Shown: piece after piece, positions 25,427 to 40,500 of the stretch
Layout: every line of letters starts with the position of its first letter
How positions within the stretch are numbered: position 1 is the stretch's first letter
Source of the DNA: Iphione sp. A-MEVVRFRX5
Lineage: Eukaryota
Assembly (NCBI GenBank): GCA_976226885.1
Contig: OZ320313.1
Coordinates: 160,456,001 to 160,520,000 of the forward strand
Direction: 5' to 3'
DNA length: 64,000 nt
Translations under genes and position numbers: made by a program
The notes under the pieces: model-generated
Database searches by the model: none
Told to the model about the DNA's origin: nothing
What the model saw: only the letters and a program-made list of their open reading frames with translations

Positions 25427-28400
25427 TAAGTTACACTCCACATCCGAGTAACTCCCTGTAAACACTTCAGGCTCGCTACCGCTTAACCTTCTCCAAAAGT
25501 GATGATTGTAGCAGGATTGCTATGACATTATTGGGAATCAATATCTTGGAGAACTTGAACGAGGCCGAACAATTATAACAATCCTCATATTGAGAAAGGC
25601 ACTCTGCGGAGCAGGTCACTTTCTGGGGTGTTCGGCTCGGTAGCCTAGAGTTCACTGAGTCAGTTCAGAGAGGCAATAATGGAAGATTACTCTCGACCGC
25701 CCCCCATTGCTGATCGCTGACCACGAAGGCCCAACTTTCATCTTCTTTAAGACGGCCCAGGTCATGCGGACACCCAGGTCGTACTATTAAGCACTGCAGA
25801 ATTGATATTTAATCGTTTGACATCTTCATTGCATGCCTATCTCATTTTTTCTTTCGTGGAAATGGGCGAATACGTGTTTAGTGTTTGAAGCTTCAATTTA
25901 ACCGTTATTTGCGTAACATCTGCTTCGGATTCTTGGGGCTATTTTTGTCATACTGAAGGCCGTTCTCGTGTTTCACGTACCGTCTATTTTCTCTCAGGAT
26001 AATAACTTGAACCATAAGATGGGCAAGAGGGGGGGGGGTTAAGTAACTCCTCAGCGCTTTACTCTACAAAAAAAACCTTGCCGGCCGGTGTTAAATTGAC
26101 AAGATGTATGTTAATGGCCGAAGGAAGCGCACATCACTGACAGGAACGAATTTTACCTCAGACACAGCTTAATAAACTCTATGCAAGGCCGTAATTAGCT
26201 TTCTGCCTGCGTGCGGGAGAAGAAAGGCTACTGTTCGGGCCACTAATAATGTTGCCATGTAGCATTTGCTGCGTACAATAGACCCCGCTACAGTAGCGCC
26301 GAGGCTGCCTCATTGTCCGGCGGATTCGGATATGCCAGGGGGTGTCCCTCATATACTCGTCCATACTTTCCCCTCCTCTCACTTCAACTTTACTCTTTTA
26401 TCCAACATCACATGGCCCTTATCTCTCAGCCTTAATGCGTCAACCCTGGCACGTCCTTCCTTCCTTCCTTCCTAGGCCGTCGCCAATTTTCAATACTAAA
26501 ATCCACGTATTGCAGTCTTATTTACACCCCCTTTGGTTTTGCCCAACGCTGTAGCCAATTTGCAAAAATCACACAAGAGTTCTGTGCAGTCTTGAAGATC
26601 TTAAAAAGTATAGCCCCCGTGGCGTATGACTTCTGATGTACATCTACCGATATTTCCCCTTTTGCCTTTAAGTGATTACATTTACGTTTGCGTTAATTGC
26701 TCACATCTGTTAACAGAGCTATGTTCCAGGAGCAAAGAGTAACTGGCTTCCGTCTGGCTTCAAATGTGTATTATTGTGAAATCCTCCGTACAGTGGTTAA
26801 ACAATTCGCTCAATTAAACTTCAACTTTAACTCCTTTACTTATTCGTAATGTGTTTCCTTGTGAATGCGTTGGTCCTTACAGCTGGCCCATGCTTGCTGA
26901 ACTATGTGCGTTTCATGCAAAACTGTTCGGTTAGGAGGTTCATTCACGTTAGGGAATGAGACATTTGAGATTCAAATAAAGTCAGTTCATTACCTCAAAA
27001 TACATATGGTGTATGATATATATATATATTGATATATGTCTACAAATAGTGACCATACATATCCATAGCATGAGTATATAACAATAATAACTATAACAAG
27101 GGGAACGGGACATATATATATATATATATCACAGAACGCCTTTATTCAGAAGTAAAAAAATTTCAAAGCATCTGTCGTTATAGAATAGGTGACGTGTTGG
27201 TTGCTAAGTAACCACAATACAATGCATAATTTTTGCGACATATATTCATATAATAATTTATATAACACATATTCGTATACTGCGAGTTCGAATATCACTT
27301 CATTGCCTGGGGTCGTAGTGGCACGTTTTCATTAGGAATCTGTCGGAACCTAAGCGAATATTACACCGTCTTCAGTTTCATCGTATAATAGGAAAATAGT
27401 GCTGGAGGTGGAGAGTCCTAAATGTGCCGATATTAGCCAGTATTAATGTCTTTCGCAGTGCTTAGCCGTTACTGTCATAGATTTCGGAACAATTTTCAAC
27501 AATATAGCAATTGACTCCTTGATAAATTAATTAATAAGTTCAGGAGTTTGTCTCTTTTACGAGAAATTCCATGGGAAAGGCAAAGTCCTGATTTGGATAT
27601 CCGTCAGGACGTTTATAACGGTTGCGCTTGAACTCGGTTTTACTTTTGATTCATCCCGTGTGAAATTGATAGGCTTCAAGTGGACTTGGCCCGACAGTGG
27701 GAAGAGTAAGGTGCGCAAAAAAAAGAAGGAGATAACAAGCTGGTTCTGTGCGCCTGCTTGTGGTCTGACGTCTCTCTTAGCACAGCATACCGTGGCAGGA
27801 GACATGAGAAAGTGGCAGGGCACCACCACGTTGGAGTTTGCTCTGATCAGCTAGAGGTGATCTTGTCCCTAACTGCCTATTGACCGAGCGAGTTCATCCC
27901 CCTACCGCCTCTTACCCGATGACCCCTAGCGCTATCGAATAGTCCTACCACGCATCTATATTGCCAATTTGTTCATGGTTGAGCCCGGCCGTCCTTGCCT
28001 GCCACCGTCCGGCCTATCTAGATACCTGCCCCCACCCACCCACCACCCACCAGTTCCCTGTCTCTTGCACCTTCCAACAAAAGCCTCTGAGGAAGAGGTA
28101 CCTTTACACAAGCTCTCTCTTCGTGAGGTAGCACTCTATAGTCGCGCTATTGGTTTTCTTTGGAACTTCATAATTTCGACATTAATCGCTGAACGGTCGT
28201 TCATAAATGGCAGCTCATTCATCACAGAAATCTCCACCTTTTCTTAGCAAATAGCGTGAGGCTCTAGTTGCGGTGCATATATAACTCCTCAGGTTGCTCA
28301 AGTCGCAAGTCAAAATATATGTGATGATATTTGAACAATGTGCATAGTTATTTATTTCTTGTGTATTTATTTCTTTACTGTGAGTCCATTTATGTGAGAA

Positions 28401-29248
28401 TAGATAGTAATGTCTGGTTTTCTATCTTAAGGATTCACCATCATTTTTTGTGTGATCATTCTTTGTGCTTGTCTGATTATCTGTGGGCTAGTAGTCTGTC
28501 CCTCTCATTCTCTGTCGTATAGAGTGTTTCAGGGAATCCCATAATACAGCGGGGTCTGGCAGAAAAAGTGTACTTCCTGTCTGAGCTGTCGTTGTAAACC
28601 TATCTAATTCTAATGGTTTTTTTTTAAGTGACACTTCATACAGCGAAAAATGGTTTAGCACACACATTTCTACATTAATGAAGAATATTTCAAATGAAAT
28701 ATTAGGTGTGTAAGGTGTCTGTTTCACTACAGACTTCTTAGAAGTTCTGCTATTTTTGGTGGTGGTTATGGTCATCTAAATATGTCTCTACCTAATGAAA
28801 ACCTTCATAAAAAAATACAATATTATGGAGTACATGGAGACAACATGCTGATTTTCCTTCGCTGATAATATTAAAATTATAAGACAAATATTTCATTATA
28901 TTTGCATGCCCAAAACATAGAATTCCTCCGTTATCACTCACTGTGGCTTGTCAGGTCAAAACCAAAACAAACGTGGGTGAGAGTGAGGCTAGCCCCCTCC
29001 TTAGGTCCATTTCATGGCCTAACAAAATAAATATTGATCAAGTACACCTGTAAATTTGACAAAATAATGCTATATCCCTCTTCTTTGAATGTACTTAAAG
29101 AAATTTACTTTAGCAGAGTGATTTTGATCACTTTGATGGTTTCATTCACCCTACTGTATGGGAATGTACGCACCGGAAGTACGCCTTTTTCGCTTCGGGG
29201 CTAGGTATTATGGGATTTTCTGAAATGGCCTATTGCCTCTTGTCCTTA

Positions 29249-29402
29249 NNNNNNNNNNNNNNNNNNNNNNNNNNNNNNNNNNNNNNNNNNNNNNNNNNNN
29301 NNNNNNNNNNNNNNNNNNNNNNNNNNNNNNNNNNNNNNNNNNNNNNNNNNNNNNNNNNNNNNNNNNNNNNNNNNNNNNNNNNNNNNNNNNNNNNNNNNNN
29401 NN
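29249..29402. other. Assembly gap (154 N)
   Basis: Run of N. Confidence 0.99.
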
Positions 29403-30010
29403 ATTGTCCCGCTTGTTTCTAACACTGATCTCTGGGACATCTTAGCAACACTATCAATCACCAACCTAATCGACACGCCAGTGTACAGCCTCTGCCGTTG
29501 ACACTAATTGACCTTTCTATTAATAGACAAAAAAAACATTTTAGATGTATGTGATTAGTACAGAGGCTACTGGCTTTTGGACCTTGATCACGCAGGAAAG
29601 TCATAGGATTTAATTTGCCCCGTACCAGGTCTGTCTCTCCCACTGACGTGGATGTAGTGTGTGCAGAGGGGCTGGCTCCGCCAGCCCTTTGTGCCGCTCT
29701 TATGGTATCATAATCCCTTCCGCTGGAGATCCAGCTTAAACTGCCCTCTGTGCTGCTCGATGGTCAATACCAGCTCCCCGGGCCTTACTACTCCGCGGGC
29801 CTACGGGAGAAATACCCCATCTGCGCCAGTCTCGCCCGGTGCACCTAATAACGGGCTATGATTCCGCCCCATGTTAGGTCCTCTTCCACATGGGGGTATT
29901 CCTCTCTGTCAGGACAAATCTAGACCTTCTTCTTGTCATGTGCGAGCCGTCTCCGGATGTGACGTCACGACCCAGGTCGGGATTGGATCGATCGGCTGGC
30001 ATCTCCTGAT

Positions 30011-30024
30011 GCGCCCCCTCGTGG
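30011..30024 (-). promoter_or_regulatory. Candidate CTCF-binding motif
   Basis: Minus strand reads CCACGAGGGGGCGC, 1 mismatch to the core consensus. Confidence 0.4.
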
Positions 30025-31578
30025 CTACTGCGGTAAAAGATGTCACATTTCAGTCTTTGACAGTGGCGGTTGGCCAAAAGAACACTCCTGAAACAGAACC
30101 GGCGTCATTTTTAGCAGACAACAAATTTTATTACCGTGCAAGAAATTTGACAATGACGAATTAAAGCTATTTAAGATTTAATCATGGCGCTCGGTAACAT
30201 TACGAGGCAAAACATACAAAGATTTGATTGTCAGACAGAGGTTTATCAAGATGTTTACTTTCCGTTCTGTAGGCGTAAAATACTGTACTTGCCAACAATT
30301 CTTTTTCCATGGTGTCACAGACTTCGTCAAATGTTGCATAATACAAAAATACAACCACCATCGTTTTACTATTACTCATGATAATAAAAATTATTCCTGT
30401 TTTGTCCAAATTAAAGACTGCAATACATTATGTACTTACTTAAGCTACCTCGTCTGTCTTTTTCACACCTTGCACAACCAGCTATGGATGCCACAGCCAC
30501 ATTTACCGAACACCAGTAGGTATGAGCAGTGATGATGAGTATGAGAACTCCCCGGACAGCCTGGTTAACTATGCTAATATCGTGTTTTAATAACGCACCA
30601 TGCCAATGCGGGATTATGACGTCCGTTCGGTCATAAATTGGCATTATTATCAATCCGCGTTTCATTGAACATTCACGCGCCATAAAATGTGCGATTTAAC
30701 ACTAGAAACCGACTGTTAAGCGCGAGGGGTTCTTTTTGTAACGGGCCAAGAACCCATTACAGTTGACCGCCGTCTTGCACGAAGCATTGGCTTTTATAGG
30801 CGTCAGACACTGGACGTATTAGGCTATGATGGCCAGCCTAATAGGTGTAAGGTAGCATTCGTCGGCAGCTGCGCTCGTAAAAATGTCCAATAAATATTCA
30901 CCAATGAAGCTTTACGTGCGCCACTCAAATCTCAGTCGAGATACGGGTCATTCGTTCGGATGCTCCGAGGTCAAGATAGTGTCTTGGATGGTTAGGATCA
31001 AATAGCATGAGGACCTCGCAGATAGGCGGCGGGACGGGAGGGGGGCGCCGGCCGGCCAGTCAGACAACTCCGGTTTACTGGTTCACGCAAAAGGTTAACC
31101 GGGGGGATAGCGGAGGTCAGCGGCGGGGTCATATCCCGGCCCCCCTTCGTCCGCCTACATTAATGGAAACATATCGCGACCATTCATAACGTCTGATGGA
31201 AGGCAGGCAAGCGCCCGTAAAACTCTCATTAGCTGTCCTCGCCTTGCCCTCATGCGCCGGCCCCACTGCGACAGACAGGCCCGGCTTTCCTGCTGGCATT
31301 CCGTCACGTTTTCTCCGAAACGTCCTCCTCCTCATCATCATCTTCGCCGTTGGAACAGGTTCATTTATTTACTCCCTGTTTAATTCCCTCTTAGAGGCAT
31401 CAGACTATGTTGCGCGGCCGACTTCTGATGCTCCTCTCATCGGTCCCGAAGGTGTCTCCCGCCCGAAGGACAACGGGGGGAAAAAATTGAAAAGTCGAGC
31501 CGGAAAGTGTACGTCAGCGTTTTTGTAACGGTTGAAATTCGATGTGGATGATTGATGAGTACAGGTGTTTGATCTCTT

Positions 31579-31610
<32 letters not shown>
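31579..31610 (+). repeat. (CGG)10 trinucleotide repeat
   Basis: Read directly. Confidence 0.97.
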
Positions 31611-34600
31611 TCTTCCCACTACTCCCCCGCCGTGGTGGCACGCTTGTCGTATATAGGCTACAGGCTGGAGGTAAAAGACACAGTGTGTATGACCGTCGGT
31701 AGGTTGGTGTGTCTATGCGTGTGTGTGTTGGGGGACGAGGAATGGGATATTAGTCTTCAGGGACAGGAGGGAGGCGCGAGAGAAGCCGCAGGTGCATAGA
31801 GGGCGACGATGATACGTCGCTGTAATCCCCCCCCCCGACACACACACACACACTGGAGTCTCCTGTGTACGGCCCGAGGAGCTATACCGGGGCAGGTCAG
31901 CAGGTGTCACCAGGGTTCACCTCCACCTAAGGCGCCGTGGTGGAGCTGGCGAAAAACATAAAGGAGGAGGAAGAAAAAAACACCACCACCGCTTCATTTC
32001 CGTCGGAAGGAGATACGCATTTAGTTTTTACAGGTCTGTCAAGAAAAGATCAACCATGCTCAGTTGCAGGGGAAAGAAAAACATTCGTTTTACACTTGAT
32101 GTCTCATATGGCTTCATTATACTTCTGTATAGTAGTTTTTTTCCTCTCCCGCACATCTGGTTTTCCATTAAGAACTACATGTACATATATATGTTAAAGT
32201 TGTATGGAAATGATTGCTTCTCGACAATGTTTACCTGACCTTGATTTCATATCAAGAGCAGCTCATTGTATACTCAACTGAAGCCCCCCCACCGGGCACA
32301 TGTAGTATGAATAAACTTACCATAATGATAACTTCTCATTATACATTTATATTAAGTGCTGTGTGGGTGAACAGATATGTTTACACCTTCCGACGTCGCT
32401 TTGACAAGTATCAAAGCCATTACGCGTTGGCCATGGCACGTATTACCCTAAGCCGCCAAGCAATTGTTTTCCTGTCCCTGCATGGGAGGGATTCGCTTTG
32501 AGGAGGATTGTCTGACCCGCCGACCTCCCGAGCGTCCAGCTCATCCATCCCTGCGTAGAGGTTCTGTTAAGCTCACATCAAATAGGTCCACACAAAGCCC
32601 TCACATTTCCATGTTACCTTCAAGTCGGTTGATACTCGCTTCTGGAGATGGCGGGCGGAGGGGGGAGGGGAGGAGGAGGGGGGGTGGACGATAAATCTGC
32701 GATTTGTTTCAAGGTACAAGTATGTAGTGAGAGGCCGTTACACACAGAACTACCATGCATCAAGATAGAATCAGGGAGGGACTTGTACCTTCCGGGGAGT
32801 CTCTGGTGGTGATCACGTTAGCAGCAGTTCCTCCGAAAATGAAGACTTAAATGATCGCATTTAAACATTGAAGAAACTTCCCCGACTGTCATCGCTGAAG
32901 GCATAGCTGGGCATCTTGCGCCGTCTTTGTGGATGCAAATCCTGTTAGAAGCCTACTTTCCAAGGCCTTTTTGATTTTCCGGCATTTAATCCTGGCATAC
33001 AGCGTTCAGAAGCTTAGGGAAAATGTTTTGCTCTTTTGATCTGTATCTTGCAGGCAGATGGTAGAGCGTAATGCGGAGTTGACGATTAGAACTTTGTATT
33101 TTGAAGTTGGTGCAGGTATCTCTGTGTGCGTACCGTTAACTGGTACATGCGCAGTTAGGTTGGATATCAAATCAGAAGAGAAATAAATGTTTTTTTTTAA
33201 TCTGATAAAACGTACTGAAAAAAGGTTAATAGCTATATATGGATAGGTATGAAACCATACATACGAACGTTTTGAGGACAAAACGGAGAGACGGGGTCAA
33301 ATGTTTATGTAGGTATGGGTGCATATGTAGCTACAGGTGTTTATTTTGGAACGAATTTGCCCAGGTTGCATATGTGATTACACTGAAATGATGTAGGTTT
33401 TGAGCATACTTGTTAGAAATAACCACGATGTGAATATCTTCTTGCAAACCGCACCAAACTTGACTTAATAATACATTTCTTTGTACAGGTTAATCTCCAA
33501 AACCGAACACTGGAAAACCGAATCATCCCGAATCCGAGCGAAATTTACAGGGACGAATCATTTAGTATTAAGTAGTATTTCCGATCCGTACCCGGCCTAC
33601 ATTGAGGCCACTTTCCTGTACTACTAACCCCGTTTAAAGATGAGCGTGAGTGAAAAATAGAACAAGGTTCAGTCGTGACACACGTGCTCACATGGATGCA
33701 TTCTGTTCATTTTCAGGAGCCATTCACACGTACACGCACGTATACGTACACGCACATACATACCGACGTGCACGTACACATACACACAGACACACAAGCA
33801 GGACCTACATGTACAAGCACATGGTTATCAGCCTCCAGCTAGAGAACTTACAGTGCTGTAGGTGGTGTGCTTCACTGACCTGTGGGCTGAAGTCCTCACC
33901 GCCTCCTCAACTGAGCAGCAATACCTTAGACTATTTGGCCTTTCATTTGTCTTTAATTGTCCCTTTGGAACTTGAGGAACTAGACTTTTTATTAACAAAA
34001 CTGAACATAAGGCATGTGCAGCCTTATAACTCTCCGTTTGGCTGCGTGATACACAGGACTTCACAGGTATGAAACATCTAAAATTTTATAGCTAACCAGT
34101 AAATCTTCGCAATACAAAATGTATTCTATTTCTTCTCATCTAAGAAATGATTTTCGTGTTCGTGTACTTCTAAAGGAACGTTGATGAAAAATAAAATTAG
34201 CTTCTTAACTAATGATTAGTAAACTCACTGACAAATACATAAATATTTAGTGTTGCTTTTTGTGTATTTTCGCACGGGCCTGAAATGTACTGTAGTTCTG
34301 GCGTTGAGATCTCAACGGTTGTGTATTGAGGAAAATCTCCATTTCGGGAAAGAAAAGAGGAACCCGATATCAATTTGGAAATGCTTCGGAGTAGCCTGTA
34401 TGCAGCCTAAAATATACACTGCATTAAATGTCTGCTCGGTTAATTCACGTCGTTCATATTAGGAAGACAATATATATAGTACACAGGAATATGAGAAAGC
34501 TAAGGGGGTAAATCTATTCGGATCTGTACACTTTTCGTTTTTTCGTATTGAATACGACCAACTGTAGTCAGGAGGCATAGTAATCGATAGGATGAAATAT

Positions 34601-35040
34601 GCTGGATGCATCTTTTGTCTGACATACAGAAATAACTCGCAATTTCAGCTGAGTTTGTCTTACAGAAGAGTTGTTGGACAAGCACGCGCGGGCCGAATTT
34701 GGATATACATGTACCTGCGTATCCATGTAGTGTGTTTAGTGTTATGAAAACTTTCCACCCTTTTATTTGCCCCAGACACTGAAATAAGGCCAGGTTTCCA
34801 TGTGCAACTGTCAGCATGTTTGTGTGTTTGTTAACGTGTTCCTCTTTATCCTTTGTTAATCTAATAACCACTGTATACACACAGTGGAGCATGTTATCAA
34901 TGCGTTTTTGGTTTATACATCTATTACAAGCCTGTTTCTTTTTTTAAAAAAACGTGCGTCATGTTCATAGCGAAATGGAACAATTCCCATTTTCAAAACA
35001 GAGCACACCTATGCATTACACATTTCATGCCCAACGCATA

Positions 35041-35337
35041 CATGGATACTTGTGTGTATATTCGTGTATTCCCCAATACATGGTTACAATACACTCACAT
35101 GCCTCACACTGACAGGCACACATGGATACCTGTCCTAACGTCTGTGGAGCATGTTTACTGGAAACAACTCGGTTCATGAGTTTAGTTACCGCCACAAATA
35201 GAGATACGCATCCATGGAAATTGGGACGCCCCATTCCAAAGACATGCTGTATGGAGACGGGCTACATGGATACATGGATCCACTTCTTCTGTTCTCCTAT
35301 ATCTCCAAAGACATGCATGGGCATGGTACATGGATAC
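35041..35337 (+). repeat. Degenerate CATGGATAC-containing repeat region
   Basis: CATGGATAC occurs at 35041, 35121, 35265 and 35329. CCAAAGACATGC occurs at 35236 and 35305 (period about 69 bp). Confidence 0.75.
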
Positions 35338-35815
35338 ACGGGTGGATAGAAATTCGATCGAAGTTGTGTTCTAGCCTATCAAATAGTAAGAATCCGTGGC
35401 TGTAGCGGTAGTGTACTGGACCATGTTCTGCCGGAGAAAACAAGGTCCTTCGATCTCTGCATTTATGCATCTCCTTATGGTGAAGTAGATTTTTCCAGAG
35501 GCAGTGCCTGTAACCTAGGCGGCCCGTGGTTGTGTTCGTCCCTGAGTTAGGTCTAGTATAACACAGGCAGAAGAATGGCGACAGCAAGTGGTTGCGTCTA
35601 GAGGACAGGACGTCACTACAAGGCGACAATACGTCTTGGCGGATGAATGTCTACGGTGAAGAACACTTGAATGGCGCACCTGAGTGGGGGAGGAAACGGT
35701 TTGACAGTTCGCCCTTTGGGTTTCGCAATAGTCGATTCTTTCTTGTTTTTTACATCGGCCGTAGTCGATACCAAAGACCTCAAGTATTATAAGAGAACCG
35801 CTTCGTTGTGTTGCA

Positions 35816-35820
<5 letters not shown>

Positions 35821-35898
<78 letters not shown>
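35821..35898 (+). repeat. (CT)39 microsatellite
   Basis: Read directly. Confidence 0.98.
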
Positions 35899-35901
<3 letters not shown>

Positions 35902-37529
35902 GTTTCAAGCACGTGAATGGATCGTGGAACTATTTGAAATTATTTAGGATGGAATAGTATAATACACATTGTATTTCTCAATATAATTTTTGTTTAACGA
36001 TTGAAACTCACCACCACCACCACCACCACCCCACTTCACATCCCCCACCTGGCAGTCCTTTACCTCGTGGCTCAGGTTTTTCCCCGTGAGAATACATCAG
36101 AACAGTTTTCTTGATTCTGGGGTCTGTGAGAATCCTGTCGTTGCAGCCCATCAACCAGCCTCACGTGAAATCTACCGCTTTGTCGCACAAGTAATCAAAG
36201 GGTTTGGTTTCTGTCACCAGGTGCACCTCAAACGCTGTCTTCCAGGTCATCACACTACTCGGTGCACGCTGCAGTTTTTCTCAAACCCCGCTGGTCCTCG
36301 TCCCAAATAACTCTTCCCAAATTGCAGAAGGCAACGGGGCTTTCTGAAGACTCCAGGTATAAGAGCTGTGCATGTTTACTACATGATTTGAATAGAAATA
36401 CGGGAACCATAACGTCAGGATCCAGTATGTTTGCATGTATTTCTAAGATGTACCGTTTAGTGATTTAATCATTTTACTTTATGAGATGGAAGTTTGTGGG
36501 TTTTCTCGTTCATGACAGTATATGAACATTGTATACAGGGTTCGAACTAAATTCATCGGTAAACCTATTATGATGTTGGCCAATCTTTTCTGTCTTAACG
36601 CTGAAAAGGCGGCATACGCAGATTCGTACAAACGGCACAGGGATAAATCATAGTGAGGTTAGCTTGTCCTTACATATAAATGTGACGTGTGTCTGTATAG
36701 AGTAGAACAGTTACATAATCGTATTCGCCCTGAACATCTTTCAAGCAGACATATATGTGTACTATCTATTGTCTTCATTTTATTGCAAATGTCCTAAATT
36801 TTGAATAGTGCCTCATTGCACTATCCATACACTCGTACTCTATTCATGTACTACAGTCGAAAGCCTCTAACCAAAACACCCTTTTTTTTCCCCAGTCGAA
36901 TGAAACATCGTACTTTAACCTATAGAATAGACAGTCTGTTCTCGCCACCCCCGTGTCCACATTAGAAGCACGTCCCTACTGGAGATGTGTCCCTAAAGTG
37001 ATTTTCCACTGTATTCCCTCCTAGTGGTTTAAGCATATATAAAATATAAAAAAACATGTATTTCGCTGTATTTAATGTGTTACATGGTTTCTATTTCTGA
37101 TTTTCGGGGTCATGGCCTTGGAAACCATGCAGGTCCAAAAATATTCACAAGCAGTTGACGCAGGTGGTCGACCCCTGAATATATGTGTAGATGATTCATC
37201 TATTCTTTCCCCTGCACCCCTCGTTCTGTTAAGATAATGTGCAAACAACCCGTCACGGCTAACCCGATTAGCAAGCTCCCCTGATGCTTTACCCCCCGAC
37301 CAAACCCAACCCCCCTAACCTTCCGGCTCAGCTAACATCTCTCTCCATCAGTGTTTCCTGGCGGCCAGCTGATGGAGAGTCCGCGATACACATCTCTTGT
37401 TCCAAGCCAAATTTTGAAAAACGGGCCAAGCAAATATATCAGTATAGCAGAAGATCATAACGGGGGATAGCTGCCGGAGTTCCTGCCCCCTGGGGTGTTA
37501 GTGAAGCGGGAGTGGTGGGGTATGTTTCT

Positions 37530-37578
37530 GGGGGGGGGCGGGGTTAGGGGGGTTTGGAGTTGGGGTGGAGGGTGGGGG
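37530..37578 (+). other. G-tract cluster, putative G-quadruplex
   Basis: Six G-runs of 3 or more (G9, G4, G6, G4, G3, G5) within 49 nt. Confidence 0.55.
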
Positions 37579-40500
37579 TTCATTACTCTGGTCACGGTGC
37601 AGGGGGCGGGGAGGGGCTATCGATCACCACCCGGTTTGATCAAGACTTCATGCGGCTGCAATCTGCGCCCACAGATTAGGAGGACGGCCATCCACTAGAT
37701 CAAGTGTCACCTGAATCTTTGACAACGGCGACCGGCCCGAAGCATGGCGGCCGTTAAGGCGACCCGCCGTCCGCGGCGCCCGAGGTGGCCGCCGACGATG
37801 TATCACGTCCACCCTTCCGAGCCATCCATCATCATCTCCATGCGCGGGCTTCCCCTCCCCCCAACCCCGCCCCCGCGGATTTACAAAACTCGGGCGCCAT
37901 AAACTCACACGCTGACAATACGCTCTTTGTATTTGCATCTTGAATGTCTGCTGTATCGGACAAATATATATATGTATACCTATATATATATATCGTCTTG
38001 GTGTGGGAGATTCGGTCGAAGTAGAGAGGTCGAACTGCAGACGTACACCCTGGCAGGCGTATTGAGAGAAAGTGACGGGAGAATCTGAATGGTGACTGTC
38101 AAAAATGATGATTTCCGAACGACAGCAATACAGTAATACACTGAGCGAAGTCCCCCCGCCCCCCCAAGTTCCGAAGTTGCCCCCCCCCCCGCCAGCCGTA
38201 TGGCGAGTGAACACAATTCCTTCATACCAGCTGACTGCACAACTACATATGGGGAATGAAATATAAGCAGTGAGTTTGATTCAAAAAACAATTCTAATAT
38301 GTACAGTAAGTCGTCGTTGCCGCTAAAAGATTATGGAAAGGATTGGCTGGTCAGGGTCGTTTCTTCTCCAGGGAACGCACAACAGAAAGCTGCAGTGGTT
38401 TGCAGTCTGCGGGGCCTCATCCAATTGGTTCGCCTCAAAGCAACGCCTCCTCGCCCAGTGTGCTCTATAGACTGTTTTGCATCGATGCAATGACAACAAG
38501 GACCTGGCGCGATTTCTTCCTGTGAATCCCCTCTTGGTTCGTATTACCGGCCGCCTGGAATATTTAGTCCCCTTGGTCGGCCAACAGGGGCATCAAAAGC
38601 AATTTATGTACCAGTCCTTTCGGATTGCAGCAAATATTAATAAAGGTTGCGCATAAGCAAACAACATATCGACGGTTGTCATGCTCAAGCGTCGTTAGGT
38701 GCTGGGACAAATCTGAACGAGATGCGGATAAAACGGAATGCCCTTCATGCGCCATACCTTCTAGTTCGCTTGTCCGATCGTCTCTACCAGTATATACATT
38801 GTCTCTGCTCGTATAAAAGGGCACTGGTGCCGTAGTTATGTCTCTGCTATTGAGGCTGTCACGATGTGCTTCTGCCTTCGGTATCGTTCCATCGCTGGCC
38901 CCTTGTGTTATCATGATTTCGTGGTTTCCGGTAATTATATGCATGTGTATGAACCCGCTTGATTCTTGACAATATAAATGACCGTTGAATTATACCCATA
39001 ATATCCAAATCAAAAATCATATAGAGGTCGGCTTTTAAGGTTATATTGTCAGTAGTCATGTTTTTTTTTCGACCTTTAAGTTAGCATTTTGTTCGACATA
39101 GACTGACTTCGCGTCACTGTAATAAAGTCATGTAGCATCCATGTAACGAACTGCATACACTACGAGAGATTGGGCCCTCATTTCTCTTCAGGGATCCGGT
39201 GTAGCCCAGCTTCCTAAAGCAGAATATGCCCAGTTACTTAGACGGCACGTGAGCATAGAACAAGCTAGGGCAAGCATCAGTTGTCAACGTTATTTACAGC
39301 CTCAGGTCCTTTGGGTCACTTTTGGTTGATACCTGCCCGCACAGGACAGTAATGGCACGTCAGATGCAGGAAGGTCGTTATTCATAAGACCCGACGTGCT
39401 GTCCAAGGCATGGCCACCGACTGGGTTAATTCATTATTGAAGGTCCGGTATAGGCCAGCGTGGGACTTATGGGCGCGGAGACGTCCATATGAGCTACCCA
39501 AGCTGCTCGCTTGAGAAATGAGCAACTCAGTGGATGGAATACGACGTCATCGACCGATGACTGGTCTGACACGCCTGCAATATACTGTGGCAACAGAGTA
39601 CCACAAGAGAGATAAAATGTTGTTACAATCTGAGCGATATTAAAAAATTCAGCTGCTTGATGTGTATTTTTTTTCTCCCTGCTTAGTATCTTAGACCCAC
39701 ATTACCTCCCTCATTTCCTTTAAATCATGATTGGTTTCATAATGTTCAGTTATATGTATATATATGTATAAAATAGACCTTCTATTCTGAATTTCCACGA
39801 TGGAGAATCGCCCTCCCGACAAAGATAAATTGAAGTTCAACATGTCGTAAACATTAACATGATGTAGACATTAAGTCCTTGACAGGTGCCCACTAAGTGG
39901 CATTAGATTGTTGTTGTGCAGGTAACTTACTGCTCTCTCCGAAGTTCCCAGTAGTCAGAACGGTATGATTAAATAAAGTGGTTCGACTGAAACCTTCTTA
40001 CCTGCTTACGTCACGGGAACAGCTATATATAAACCAACGTACTTTCAGGTAGTGGTATGCAGGGCATTCCTGAAATGATGGGCGATTTTGATTGATGTCA
40101 AGGCGATCTCTTAGGACCCTTAGGTCGGAGAGGATGTTGAAGAAAATAGACGGGATGGCAGTTGGCAGTCTCAGTTGTTTGTATTCATTATTATCTATGT
40201 TAATATGTATTTACATTAAATATTGTATCTGTAACAATAAAACTGTGCGTGAGATTAGAATCGAGCCATGTAATAAGTGCTGGTTTTCACGTATGTTGAA
40301 AAAAAGTATACCATTATACCTCGCTAACATTCACTCGAAAAAGATTCGGAAAAAAAGGGGACGTTGAAAAGGACTGCGAAAGAAACCAAAGGTGGCGGCT
40401 CAACCTGCCCCTGGTTCCTCTTTGAGAGATACCTCTCCTATCGACACGACCTCTACCTTATTTACATGTTAAAAGGACCCCCAACCGACCATACATCCCC

